Source: Neodothiora populina
Taxonomy: Eukaryota
Direction of reading: 5' to 3'
Length of the DNA stretch: 64,000 nucleotides
Assembly: GCF_041146345.1 (NCBI RefSeq)
Contig: NW_027191402.1
Span: forward strand, 372,001-436,000
This document shows positions 39,959 to 54,300 of the stretch, one piece after another (positions within the stretch are counted from its first letter, which is position 1; every line of letters begins with the position of its first letter). The notes under the pieces were generated by a model. That model searched no databases, had not been told where the DNA came from, and saw only the letters and a program-made list of their open reading frames with translations. The translations under genes were made by a program, and so were the position numbers.

Positions 39959-41692
39959 TCAGAAGTGACCGCTGAGCCTCCTCTTGTGATGCAGTAGGTG
40001 TCGTCGTTGATTCTGGCGGAGCTTGGCAGACACGGCGGCTGCTTGAGAAGCAGCAACCTCGAGGGTGTCTTCCAGCTCGTTGACGTTGTCTTGCCACACG
40101 GCAGGGGCTGTGCTGCTCCAGTCGTCGGCCAAGGCTTCCACTTTAGCCAACATCTCGGCGACAGAAGTGGGAACGGAATTGCCACCATCTCCGGCTAGAT
40201 TGGGAGTTGGGGCGGAGGATCTACTCGTCGAAGCAGAGGTACCTGTACTTCTGCTTGCACTGCTGCTTGCAGCACTGCTGCTCACACGTGAAGACGAGGC
40301 TGTCGCGCTTGTGCTGACCGACGAGGATCCGCTTGACGACGAAGATGATGATGACGACAACGATGGCGACGACGACGATGGCGACGAAGACGAGTTGGAG
40401 CTTGAGCTGCTCCTCGACGAGGTGCCAGTTGCACTACTTGAGCTTCTATCAGAAGAAGATGAAGAGGAAGTGCCTGTGGACGTGCTAGAGCCGGATGAGC
40501 CAGACGAAGTCGACGACGGGTCAGACGACGACGACGATGTCTGACTCGAGGAGGTTTGAGAAGAGGACTCTGATGACATTGCCGCTGAGCTTGTGCTCGA
40601 AGACGATGAGCGCTCTGACGACGTCGAGGACCCGGCGGTTGACGTAGGGTAGACGGGTAACGAGGAGGACTGAGCCTCAGCAGAAGTCGACGACGCAGCA
40701 GCACTGGAGGTGACGGGAGAGGCTACATCGCTGTATTGGAAAACTTGCAGAGAGTTGATCGACCAGTACGCGTTCTTGAAGGCCGCAGGGTTGTTCGCTA
40801 CGTAGTCATCACATCTGGGTGCCATACCGCTGCAAGTCGACGATTCCCACACGTTGCCAGCCCAGTCTCCACAGAACGTCAAGTCAAAGACGATCTGATT
40901 GTCATGGAAGAACTCGGGGATGTCGCAGCCGCCTTGAAATTGAGCAGTAGGCGTTCCCCACTCGGCAGAAGGGCTGGGGTTACCTGCCGCAATGTCGGAG
41001 GGGATCTGATACCTCGTGAAGAACCAGATGTTGATGGCTGCCTCGGTCCACTCCACAGCGTAAACTCCTCCTCCAATGCCGTTGAAGTCGGTACCGTAAG
41101 AGTCAGAGTTGGACGAGCTAATGGAGCAACCGGCATTGTACGACTGGTCTGCCGCTTGAACGTAGCAATCATCCGTGTTGATCGAGCCTGTGAAATTGCC
41201 GTTGTTGGTGATTGAGCACCCGTCGTTTGTATGTAATGCCATAGAATTGGCAGATTGAAGATTGACACCCTCGATGATGTCGATTTCGCCGCTGGAGGGC
41301 CAATCCGGCCCAACCATCCAGAATGCAGGCCAAGTGCCGCAGATTCCTCCAGGCATATGGCTGAGATCAAGGACAATGAGGGATCCGGCATTGTAGGCTT
41401 TGTTGCTTGTCAGGCGAACACTGGGACGACCGTTGGGGGTTATGTTCTCGTAGTCAGCTCCAATGTAAATGGACTCTCCGGTGGTGCTAATGAAACCACT
41501 GCTCGCTGCAGTCGGTCGATCAACATATTTGACGAAACCATGTGTCGGATCGTCCCATGTAAAGAACGAGAACATGTCGAAGAACTTTGAAGGGCTGTAG
41601 TCATCTTCTAATACATAGCCAGCTATGGAGAAGTCGATGAACAGCAACGAAAACAAAAAGGTAAAGAGTGGCATCTTCAGAGCAGAAGACAT
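39959..41692 (-). CDS. Secreted GH16 endo-1,3(4)-beta-glucanase with Ser-rich linker
   Basis: Signal peptide (MPLFTFLFSLLFIDFSIA), DDPTHGFVKYV, GRPSVRL, CGTWPAFW, catalytic GEIDIIEG and FDLTFCGDWAG, followed by a ~170-aa Ser/Thr tract. Start is 41692 or 41674. Confidence 0.93.
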   Translation of the reverse strand: MSSALKMPLFTFLFSLLFIDFSIAGYVLEDDYSPSKFFDMFSFFTWDDPTHGFVKYVDRPTAASSGFISTTGESIYIGADYENITPNGRPSVRLTSNKAYNAGSLIVLDLSHMPGGICGTWPAFWMVGPDWPSSGEIDIIEGVNLQSANSMALHTNDGCSITNNGNFTGSINTDDCYVQAADQSYNAGCSISSSNSDSYGTDFNGIGGGVYAVEWTEAAINIWFFTRYQIPSDIAAGNPSPSAEWGTPTAQFQGGCDIPEFFHDNQIVFDLTFCGDWAGNVWESSTCSGMAPRCDDYVANNPAAFKNAYWSINSLQVFQYSDVASPVTSSAAASSTSAEAQSSSLPVYPTSTAGSSTSSERSSSSSTSSAAMSSESSSQTSSSQTSSSSSDPSSTSSGSSGSSTSTGTSSSSSSDRSSSSATGTSSRSSSSSNSSSSPSSSSPSLSSSSSSSSSGSSSVSTSATASSSRVSSSAASSSASRSTGTSASTSRSSAPTPNLAGDGGNSVPTSVAEMLAKVEALADDWSSTAPAVWQDNVNELEDTLEVAASQAAAVSAKLRQNQRRHLLHHKRRLSGHF

Positions 41693-43126
41693 AATGTGTG
41701 GTAATATCAGATGATAGATAGGGTATAGAGAACAGCAGAGCTGTGTGAAAAGAGTGAAGAGGAAAGATCTCACGGGGCCTACCAAGTCATTATTATATCA
41801 TACATCTCGCTCAGATGGGAGGCAGGAGTTTTTAACGGTTGCGGTGGGCTGGATAGGCTTGTCCCCCTTTTACCAGTCGACTATTCGACGCTCACAACCG
41901 TTGTACAACGGCCAGGGATGGTGCTAGGAAGTGCATACGCAAGCACACGCACGCATGCAGTATATCTTAGTATCATCAACGCCATGGACAACCGGCCAAG
42001 AGAACGGATGAGATGGCATGGCCATGGTAACTCCAAATGCCCAGAAAGCACGTCGTGCAATTGAGGTATACTTCATCTAGGAACCAGTATGCTGTATGTG
42101 GTCGGTGCCAAGAAATATGGAGGCGGTGCGCAAACACAACGAGAAGGCTCAGAAAAGGCGCGCACCGCACACTGAAGGCGAGGCGACGCGATATCCACAC
42201 GCGATGCGGGCTGGACGGCATTAAAAAGGAGAACATGCCTGGGAACAAGCAGAGAATCTTGCCATCGAGCATGGGGTTTTTTCTCCACAGTATTGTAGAT
42301 AGCTGCCGGCGTGCTGTACGTACCTTCGAGCGCCTCCTGAGTACGAAATGGCCTGTCTCTACTGTTACGCTGTCCGATGCAATGCGTACACTAGATCCGG
42401 AGAATCCCACGGATCATTTTTAGCAATGCGTTAAGTTATACCTGTAGACTTGAACACGGACATGATAGATCTGTGAGGTATGCTAGGAGACTACAGTACC
42501 ACAGGTGTTGTAGCACGAGTGCAATTATGAAGCGAAGTTTAACGGCAGCTTTGAAATACGGGACGGGCCACAGTCACCTTACCTTAGTCGATTCGTGCAT
42601 GATTGAATGGCCGTGGTACCTTGCGCTTATGGGACTAACTTTACTATGAGTGGACCTACTAATGACAATGCCGCGAAATAAAGAACAGTAAAATTTGAAT
42701 ACGAGGAGTTGAAAAGTATACACCATTTGCGACATACGAATTACTTAAGGATTACGCTGCGAAATCGTCTTGGTCACTCGTGCACCATGGCTACGAACCA
42801 GCCTTTTCCTTTGCCCTCTCGCAACGTCTTTTCGAACAAGCTCATGTGAACGGGGAACGAACTGTTCTCCGGGTAATGCGCAGACTATTGCCCACGTTAC
42901 GCACAGCAACACCGCGCAAACGTCTCTTCAGCCGTTATAACACACGTGGGAAGCTTTATACTGTACTGGGCGTTCCAGCAGCAACGCGACACTGCGGCGC
43001 AACGCGTATATACGTCAGTAATGATGCGATGGCCAGCTTATTTGCGTTGTGGGAGCTGATCTGTCTTGGACGAATCATGATTGTTGATCCAGCTACAAGT
43101 GTCAAGTATGGCGCTCAGTCTTATCA

Positions 43127-44095
43127 TCACGGCTGTTCTGTCGTTCCCGCTTGCTGATTGCAAGTCTTGGTGGCGTCTTCTTCAGCAAAGAAATCTTTCC
43201 AGTGCTGCTCGTCGAAGCCGTCCATGAGTCTTGTGTACTGAGGCCCGTCCTTGACCCAGCCGTTGATCCCGCCTGTGTGAAATGATCAGCCGTACATGCA
43301 ATATTCAGAGTAGCGCGAATGCGACTGACCTTCAAGAGTCATGACTTGCATGTTCTCATCACCCATCTGGTCGCGGACGTATGACAGAAACCAAGATGCG
43401 CATCGAGGGCCTCTTCCGTTCGATGAACCTGTTGTCGTGTGAGCTATACGGTCATATCGCGCAATGTCGCAGATGAAGAATGCGAAAAGTTGCGCCAGGA
43501 TGGGAAGCACGACAAATGACATGCCGCAGTCTATCTTACCACAAGTGAAGACAACCCATTGGAGGTCTATCAAAGTAAGCCACCAAACTCGCAAAGCGCA
43601 TTTTCATGCTATATACCTGCTTTGTATGCGAGTTCATATCTATCACGTGTCAACGAGGTACTCGATTTGGTGGCGCTGTGGTATTATGTGGTGCCCACTT
43701 ACAATATGCCTCTGTTCCACCAGAAACCTGTTGCAGAAAGCCAGTAATCAGTCATATGGGTCCATGAACGCTCGCATGCGCAAATGTTGAGTAGTGATGA
43801 TACTTACCCTTTGCGGGTATATTGAGGCTTCCCCGAATCATACCGCCTGAATCAAATCAGCTTGTTGCGCATTGCATTTGTCTTGTCTTCCTCGTGATTC
43901 GCAAAGGACACAATATGCGCGTGAGCACTCACCTTCAAGGTCGATACCTCTCACGTCCACGATCAAGACGGCGGCCACACCCTTCAGGCTCAGCATCTGC
44001 ATGGCCCGCCTGCGTGCCATGAGAGGAGCAGTGATGCTGGGAGCGGGGAAGGCTGCGTGCCATGGTTCTGCTGCTTTCGAGGTCGACATTGTCAT
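43127..44095 (-). CDS. Cdc25-like rhodanese-fold phosphatase / arsenate reductase (Acr2/Ych1 type), 173 aa
   Basis: Seven exons: 44095-43933, 43846-43808, 43727-43703, 43639-43617, 43566-43540, 43428-43330, 43272-43127 (522 nt, frames consistent). The product has PWHAAFPAP, LIVDVR..DLEGGMIRGSLNIPA, VVFTCGSSNGRGPRCASW (CX5R) and LEGGINGW. Confidence 0.88.
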
Positions 44096-44165
44096 GACGG
44101 ATTGCGTGCGACTCGTGTGAAAATTGATGGCGAGCTGCCGATCTATGCTTTGATCTTATGTTTTA

Positions 44166-45968
<1,803 letters not shown>

Positions 45969-46798
45969 GGCGAGAATGAGTGAGAGGAGCAATGAACCTG
46001 TGCGGAATGGAAGAATGAATAAGAGGAAGCAGAAAGCAGAAGACAATCACGAAAGTAAAGTGGAATGACAGTAAGGGAGCCAGAGCCAGAGCCAGAGACA
46101 ATCGTCAACAGGCGCGCCGCCCCACGCGAGCAGATCCAGTAATCCAGTACAGTATATTACAGAACAGTATGCGGTACCGGGGAATATGGTTCGATGATTT
46201 GGCTCAGGTTCTTGATTTCATTCAACTGTGCAACGACAGCTCAACTTTTTGATAGGGACAATACCTGATCATGTTCCCAGAAGCTATTGACTGATGATTG
46301 AGATTATGTAAATCCAGTCATGTAGGACGTGGCCCGGTCACAACAACTTCATGCATTCATGGTAGGGTCTCTCTGTACGGCAGTGAACATGAAGTACCGT
46401 CCCAAGATAAGGTACACTAATTAGTAGTCGCGATTCAACGTCCTCCGTCGGATATGACTGAATAATGAGCGAGCGCCTCCGCAACCTCACACGAGTCAAT
46501 ACCAAAGTACCGTACTGTAAGGTAGTTCGCGATAATCCAAGATCAGTAATTACTGTAAGATACCTTAGCGTGTAGCTGTATTGTCTTGACAAGAACAACC
46601 TGAGTCCATATCCGAAATACTCTATAGTCACAACCCTCATACATCATTGATCCCCCATAACTTGTGTCGCGCGAGTTGCCTCGACTTCCTCTTTCATCTC
46701 CCGCGATCGCGTCAACCAAACGAAAGAGGCAGGAAGTAAATCTTCCACTCTCCGGTTCCCTCATCTCTCCATCACGTCGCAGCGACAGCCAAGCCATC

Positions 46799-49700
46799 AT
46801 GGATGACCTTTACGACGAGTAAGTCCTGTTCTTTCTTGAGACCCTGTATGCGCGCAATCGTTTGCTGACCCAGACCAGGTTCGGTAACTTCATCGGCGAA
46901 CCCGAAGAGTCTGAGCAGGAGGAGGAGATTGAGGATCAGGCGACTGGCGATGCTTACCTCTACGACGATGAAGAGGCCGATCAGGTCGACGACCAGCAGT
47001 TGATGGAAGTGGATGGCGATGGTGAATACGGATTGTCTTCATGAACGACTCTGAGCAACGCTGATTCCGTCTGCCTCTCAATCTAGACCCAGGTCCATCA
47101 AATGCAGTCGTGCTGCACGAAGACAAACAGTATTATCCCACCGCAAATCAAGTCTATGGCGAACATGTCGAGACCATGGTGCAAGAAGAGGACACACAGC
47201 CACTCTCCCAACCCATCATCGAGCCTGTGGTGCAGAAGAAGTTCGCCGTCCAGGAGGATGACCTGCCGCCAGTCTCATTTCCCAGAGAGTTCATGACGGA
47301 TCTGATGAACTTCCCTGATCAAGTGCGCAACATTGCCATCGCCGGCCATTTACATCACGGAAAGACGGCCTTCCTGGATATGCTGGTCACACAGACCCAC
47401 CCAAACGCGCATCCGCAGATGCCCAAGCATGCGCAGTCGCGCGAACAGCAGCTACGCTATACCGACACACATCTCCTCGAGCGCGACAGAGGTCTCTCCA
47501 TCAAGGCCGCCCCCATGTCTCTCGTCCTGCAAGGCACAAAGGGCAAGTCACATCTGTTCAATCTCCTCGACACTCCCGGCCACGTCAACTTCGCCGACGA
47601 GGTCGCTGCCTCGCTTCGACTCGTCGATGGTGTGCTCTTGGTAGTCGATGTTGTCGAGGGTGTGCAGGTACAGACGGAAAAAGTCATCAAACATGCGGTC
47701 CTCGAGGGGCTTCCTCTCTGTCTCGTCGTCAACAAGGTCGACCGCCTGATCCTCGAGCTGAAACTTCCTCCCAACGATGCCTACTTCAAGCTCAAGCACG
47801 TCATCGAAGAGGTGAACACCGCCATCGAAGACGCAGTGCCTGGACAAGGAGAACGTTGGCGTCTGAGTCCGGAACGAGGAAATGTTGCGTTCGCCTCGAC
47901 GAGCATGGGTTGGTGCTTCACATTACCCTCATTCGCACAGATGTATGCAGACTCCTACTCGACCACCAAAGCCGCCTCGAATCCGAAAAGCCCCCCCTTG
48001 GACGTGGTACAATTCAGTCGCCGCTTGTGGGGTGACATTTACTTCAATCCGCAGCGTCGCACTTTCACTCGCAAAGGCACCGAGGAGCGAAGTAAGCGCT
48101 CCTTTGTCAACTTTGTCCTCGAGCCCATCTACAAATTGTATTCGCATACCATCAGTGAGAGCCCTGAAGATTTGAAGAAAACCTTGGACACCCTCGGCAT
48201 CTATCTCAAACCCTCGCAATTACGTGCCAACGCCGACGAGCTTCTCCGAGCAGCCTGTGCGCAGTTCTTTGGTCCCGCCGCTGGTTTTGTCGACATGATT
48301 GTGCAACATGTGCCCTCGCCAGTCGAAGGTGCCAAACTCAAGCTGGACAGGTACTACACTGGTCCCAGCGACACCAAGACGGCCGAGAGCATGCTGAAGT
48401 GCGACCAGGATGGCCCACTTGTGGTTCACATCACTAAGCTCTTCAACACCACTGATGCTTCAGCTTTCAATGCATTCGGTCGCGTGCTCAGTGGTACTGC
48501 CCGCCCTGGTCAGCAGGTCCGCGTCCTGGGAGAAGGTTATACCATCGAGGATGAGGAAGACATGGTCATGGCCACTATTTCAGACGTCTGGATCGCCGAG
48601 TCTCGTTATAACATCCCCACTGGCGGCGTCCCTGCTGGTAATCTTGTTCTCCTCGGCGGCGTGGACAACTCCATTGTGAAGTCGGCAACCATTGTCGCGC
48701 CGAAACTGCCCGACGACGAGGACGCCTACATTTTCAGTCCGGTGAAGCATTTCTTCGAGTCTGTCTTCAAGGTCGCCGTCGAACCCATTAATCCTTCAGA
48801 GCTGCCAAAGATGCTTGACGGTCTCCGCAAGATCAACAAGTCTTACCCGCTCATCACCACGAAAGTGGAAGAGTCTGGCGAGCACGTTGTTCTTGGTACG
48901 GGAGAGCTATACATGGACTGCGTCTTGCATGATCTACGGCGCATGTATGCTTCTATGGAAGTCAAGGTTTCCGACCCGGTGACGAGATTCTGCGAGACCG
49001 TTGTTGAGACTTCGGCTATCAAATGCTATGCACTCACACCAAACAAGAAGAACAAGCTCACCATGGTGGCAGAGCCTCTGGATGAGGGCATCGCCGAGGA
49101 CATCGAGCGCGGTAGGGTGAACATCCGGGATCCCATTCGCAAGGTCAGCAAGTTCTTCGAGGATAATTACGGCTATGATATTCTGGCTGCCAGAAATATA
49201 TGGGCTTTCGGACCTGACGATATGGGTCCCAACATCCTGCAGAACGATACATTGCCCGGAGTTGTCGACCAGAAGATGTTGAAGAGCGTAAGGGACACAA
49301 TTCGCCAAGGTTTCGCCTGGGGCACGAGAGAAGGTCCGCTCTGTGAAGAGCCTATCCGAAACACCAAGTTCAAGATCACCGACATCAGTCTCGCGCCTGA
49401 GGCAATCTTCCGCGGAGGCGGCCAGATCATCCCCACGGCACGACGAGCGTGTTACAGCAGTTTCCTGATGGCCAGCCCGCGACTGATGGAGCCCGTGTAT
49501 AGCTGTTCGATGATCGGACCTGCCGATGCGGTCAGCAGTCTCTACACAGTCCTGGCTCGACGAAGAGGCCACGTCTTGCAAGATGGTCCAATCGCCGGAA
49601 CACCACTGTACAAGGTGAACGGGCTAATACCCGTCATCGACTCATTCGGTTTCGAGACCGATCTCAGAATACACACTCAAGGACAGGCAACGGTATCTCT

Positions 49701-49920
49701 CGTCTTCGACCGTTGGAGTATCGTGCCTGGCGACCCACTCGACAAATCCATCAAGCTCCGTCCGCTCGAGCCCGCGTCGGCGCAAGCCACGGCGCGGGAT
49801 TTTGTCATGAAGACAAGAAGAAGAAAGGGTCTTGCTGAAGACGTCACGATCAGCAAATTCCTCGAGCCCGAGTTGTTCCGCAGTCTCAAGGAAAGTGGAA
49901 TCTTGGATGGACCGAATTGA
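46799..49920 (+). CDS. SNU114: U5 snRNP GTPase Snu114 / EFTUD2
   Basis: MDDLYDE/FGNFIG acidic N-terminus over two short introns. VVLHEDKQYYP, GHLHHGKT, DTPGHVNF, NKVDR and RGGGQIIPTARR, in EF-2-like domain order. Confidence 0.97.
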
Positions 49921-50942
49921 TGTTATTATCAGAAGAAAGAGAGCATGGTCGGGCATATCACAGCATACTGTTCGCTAGGTGTTTTTGTCAGGAGTACGAG
50001 TCCGGCAGCAATTGGTCCCTTTTTCCTGTATATATGTAACCGGGTAAAGGGAAGAAATAGCATATCAAGAGACTCAAAAGTATGGAAGAGAAGCACAATG
50101 AACGTAAGCCTGATCGCGCTGTCTGGCGGATACTTGTTTAGTTCCAGGCGGAAGCGTTTTCTACTTCTGGAGATGTAACAACAAAATGAATCCAAAAGAC
50201 GAAGATAAGACTAGAGGTATACGAAGCACAAGAATATCACTTACCCATCTAAAGAGCCAGTCGACACATATACCAAGAGCACAGCCTATACGACCAGCAC
50301 ATGCGAAACAGTAAAAACCGTCGACTCTCAAGCAACCCATGTGACTATGACTGAAGAAAGAGACAATGCATATCCCATATCCCCCATCCCACCTCTTATC
50401 ATCGATAATCCGCCTCTTGTTATTGACTCCAAATCAAGGGCTATCAGTCAAAGCCTTTGCCTACTTGTTTAGTTCTTGCATCATTTCGAGGCGCATTCAC
50501 ATTCGATTAGATCTACACGTCACATACAATATAGTCGATTCTAGAGGGCGACCCTGTTCGTTACATCCTAAACAGATTTTGAACCTAGTGGTTTGCGTCT
50601 CTGCCGCATATCTTCCGCAGTTCTTTCTGATAGAGTGACAGGGTGCACATGGCATGGAACGAACCAGAATAGGGCATGGTGATTTATGAATGATATATCA
50701 ACTAAAATACACGGATCGAGTATCCAGATAACGTAAATTCTCTCGGCTGTTTCGAGGGGGTTACCATACATGAAGACGAGAGTGAATACCACCACCCACT
50801 GACCACCAGTATGTGACTACTTACGACGCCGATACGTATAGACATTTGGAAACAAGACCATTGACAACCACAAGAGAAGAAAACACCAAGATTAGAACAA
50901 AAAAAATTGTCCATATGAATAGGGAGATACCCAGAACAAGAC

Positions 50943-50948
50943 AAAAAA
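50943..50948 (-). terminator. RNA polymerase III terminator (T6) of the tRNA gene
   Basis: Run of six T on the minus strand about 25 nt after the tRNA 3' end. Confidence 0.6.
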
Positions 50949-50972
50949 GGAAAGCAATTTGTAGTTAGGAAT

Positions 50973-51061
50973 AGCCGAAGGCGGGGCTCGAACCCGCGAC
51001 CTTGAGGTTGTCTCTTTATGATCATAAGAGCCACACGCTCTACCGATTGAGCTACCCCGGC
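50973..51061 (-). tRNA. tRNA-Lys(CTT) with 16-nt intron
   Basis: Minus strand: GCCGGGG TA GCTC AATCGGTA GAGC G TGTGG CT CTT A [TGATCATAAAGAGACA] A CCTCA AGGTC GCGGG TTCGAGC CCCGC CTTCGGC T. A and B boxes are intact and the intron is at the canonical 37/38 position. Confidence 0.93.
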
Positions 51062-51346
51062 AAGGTCTGAAGTGATCTAGTTCTCTGTGAGAACTGGCTT
51101 CGTTGCTTGAGGACAACCGGGACTGGAGTGGTATATATACCTCTTGTTTCTAGCCCTTTTCTTGTTGCGGGTCCTTGGCTTGTGGCTCGACTGTGATGCG
51201 TAGATGCCATCACTTGGAATAGGAAGTGGATCTGATCAACGTGCATTGATTTGCTTTAATCGAGTAATAGAAACAATACTAGTGGTAATTCATGTCTGCG
51301 CAGCTCATTTCATCTCCATCATTACGTTTAGGTGTGCAGTTCAAAC

Positions 51347-54300
51347 TCATTTCCAGATCTTCCACCCCTTCTTCTTCTTGCTGTCGCTGTTGTACGCTAG
51401 ACTATTTGGACTAATGCCTTGTTGTGACTGTGCCTCAGGCATTTCGTAATTACTCTGTCCCCCCCTAATGTACGGTCCGCTTCTGTCGTTGTCAACGCCC
51501 CGTAAACGGTCGGACTTGCTGTTTCCCACCCGCCTTCTCGGCTGTTGCTCTAATTCCATGCTGCTTAGTTCAGATCCAGAAGTGCTATAGCTGTCGTCGC
51601 TGTAATCGCTATACTCTTGCCTGGATGGATTAACGCGGCGGCGAAAGCCGAAGATACCGCCTCTGCTGCGTCCTGGCTCGTCCTGTGACTTTCTGTCTTG
51701 GAAATGCGAGGCTTGGGGTGAGGATGTCGGTTGTGTCGACATATTCTGTTGCTTCGTCGCGGCTGCAGCGTTGTGCTGCATTGGGGCCGGATTGATATAT
51801 GTATCACCACTGGGAGGGCCAGTATTGTTGCCGATTTGTCTTCTCTGTAATGGAGGTATAGCAAGGTTGTTGCCATTCCCCCTAACGGGAGGAATTGTGT
51901 TTGTCTGCTCTCTGTTCTGGTGCCTGATAGTAGACTCATCAACACTAGAGCCTCTGCTGTCGCTCTCTGTCCCGCTGTAGCTCAGCTCATCGTCGCGGTC
52001 ATGTCTCTTTCCTTTGAAACGATCCATCATCGAGGCGCCCCTAGATTTGAACCTCGCTGTGTTCAAGTCTCCTTGACCTTCGTACCATAGTGCGGGCACC
52101 AGAAGTCGATATGACCTCGTAATGCCAGCCGGATCCAATTGGTCGACTTCGAGGTTTAGGGCAACGTCCAGACCACCTTGAAGGTTGATACGTCTCGACT
52201 CCTGGCCATCAACATTACCATTGGGTCCACCTCTTGCAGCAGCCTTGAGCGCCATATCGGAGAGATTTGTGAGCCGTCTACGAAATGATGGTCGAGGGCC
52301 AGGCGCGGACGGAGACATTGGTGGAAAGTATGAGTTGCGGTTGTCATCCGGATGAGGATTGCCACGTTCGTTACTACTATAGTCCATAACCGCATGCCCA
52401 GACAAATCGTGGGATGCACGAGGCTGACCATACTCAGACTGGGAATTATCGGCGGGTGTACGCACTCGTGAACCAGACAAGCGGCGGATGAGATTGCCAG
52501 GTCGAAAGCTCCCACCGTTGAGCGATAAAGTCCTTTTCATTGACCCTGGCGGATAATTACGATCCTTGCTGTTGGTTTCCAATCGGTCCCACGACATATC
52601 AGGCCTTCGCGCCGTCGCATCGGGTGTAGGTGGTGGGCTAGACCCTGGTATGTACTCACAGATGGTGCAATAGTTTCGTCGCGGAAGGAGATGTAAGTTA
52701 TTTCGAGGCTTTCCGTCAACATCTTCCTCAAACATGGGGATCATGTCTTCGTCAGTTTCCACATCCAAATGATGTATCTTGTTTCTCTTGTTCAACACGT
52801 CTCCCATCAGATTCGGAGGTGGAGTATTGACTATTGCGGATGAGATGATGTTTGGCATGTATCGGTGATCTCGATCCTTTGGGATACCCAGCTTCTTGTT
52901 CGAGTAGAACTGACCGACAGCAGCTAGGTGAACGTCGCCACCCAAGATTGTCACGCGAACAGATTTCTCCGCGGCCAGCTCTTGAAGCTCTTGTATGAAC
53001 CAATTGCGCTCTGATTTATGATGTTTTGCGGTCCAGTGATCGTCTAGGTCATCCAAGAGTTCAACACCACCGTCGAACTTGTTGACAAAGCCGCCCAATA
53101 TACCAGTCCTGCCTATCGCTTTGATCGGATCCATGACCCGCGATGTTAGGATGTTTTCCAGGAAATTCAGGCGCGGATAGGCGATCGGGACTCCGAGTAA
53201 GACGACAAGATGCTTTGTTTCTCCCTTTATTATGTCTCTTCGGCAGCGGTCGAAGATTATGTCGTAGCTTTCCTGCGAAAGGATTTCATCTCGCATCCTT
53301 TCCGTTCTACAATCTAGACCCAAGAAAGCAACGCTTCTGCCGAGATTCATGAATATACTTCGGCTGAAATCATGGATGTATGGACCAGGTGAAGCTCCTA
53401 GTAGCCATGATGGTTCTTCACGCTGTGTTTCGGCCGCGATACTTTGATGTTGAAAAAGTAGATAATACTTGAATGCTACAGCACCCAAACCAGTGAAAAC
53501 CTTTGTGCTCATGAAGTGATGTGGATATGAACCATAGCCCTAGAGTTCTAGTCAGGATTGTGCCCAAAGTACTAGCGTCTGCTAAAATACTCACATCGAT
53601 AATGTCGTGATCATCCCAGATGTTGACCATCGGGATTTGACTGTTGGCAAGGCCAAAGAGTCCTTGCGAGAACCACATACAGTAACGATTTAGGTAGAAA
53701 GCTTGGAGCTCATCATGCATTGCTTCCGTGAAATCTGCGTGACGCTTGCGTTCTGGATTCTTCATCTCTGTCCACTTCTTGAAAAGCTCAGTATCTCGCA
53801 TGGCTGCGTCATTGTATATCTGGTCGCCTCCACCAAGCATAACATGAAAAGGCTTGCTTTGATGTTTGTTGAGTACGTCTCTCCACAGCGGGTCAGGACC
53901 GGAGAAAACATTTGGATCAACGGAGAGACTGAAACCATTACAGGAGTGAAACATGATATTCATGCTTTCGCCTTTGGCAGGCACCCAGAAACCAATTGCA
54001 GGTCCATTGTTGATTCTGTAGGCCACACGTCTCTGTGTAGAGCCAAGCTCGATCTCTAGGTTGAATCTCCAGAAAGTCGTGCCTTGCTCAGCGTGCAAGC
54101 AAGCTGCTTTGACTTCCTGGAACTTGCCGACCTTCTCTCCATCTGTGGGTCGAATGCGTGAGCGTTTCCGATTCGCTGCACTATCCGCAGGAGAATTGCC
54201 TTGAGATATATCATCTTGCAGCTGATTCACTGTGAACAGTCCCGAGTCATCCTCTATTCGAGACAAGTCCGCGCCTTCGTCGATGTAATCAACAGGCTTC

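Noticed and set aside
40065..40544. Very acidic Asp/Glu-rich plus-strand ORF
   Set aside because: It is the reverse complement of the poly-Ser linker of the GH16 gene.
45969..46110. Possible N-terminal targeting extension on ERG10
   Set aside because: The upstream in-frame stretch hits a stop after about 26 codons, has no ATG, and is pyrimidine-tract-derived rather than presequence-like.
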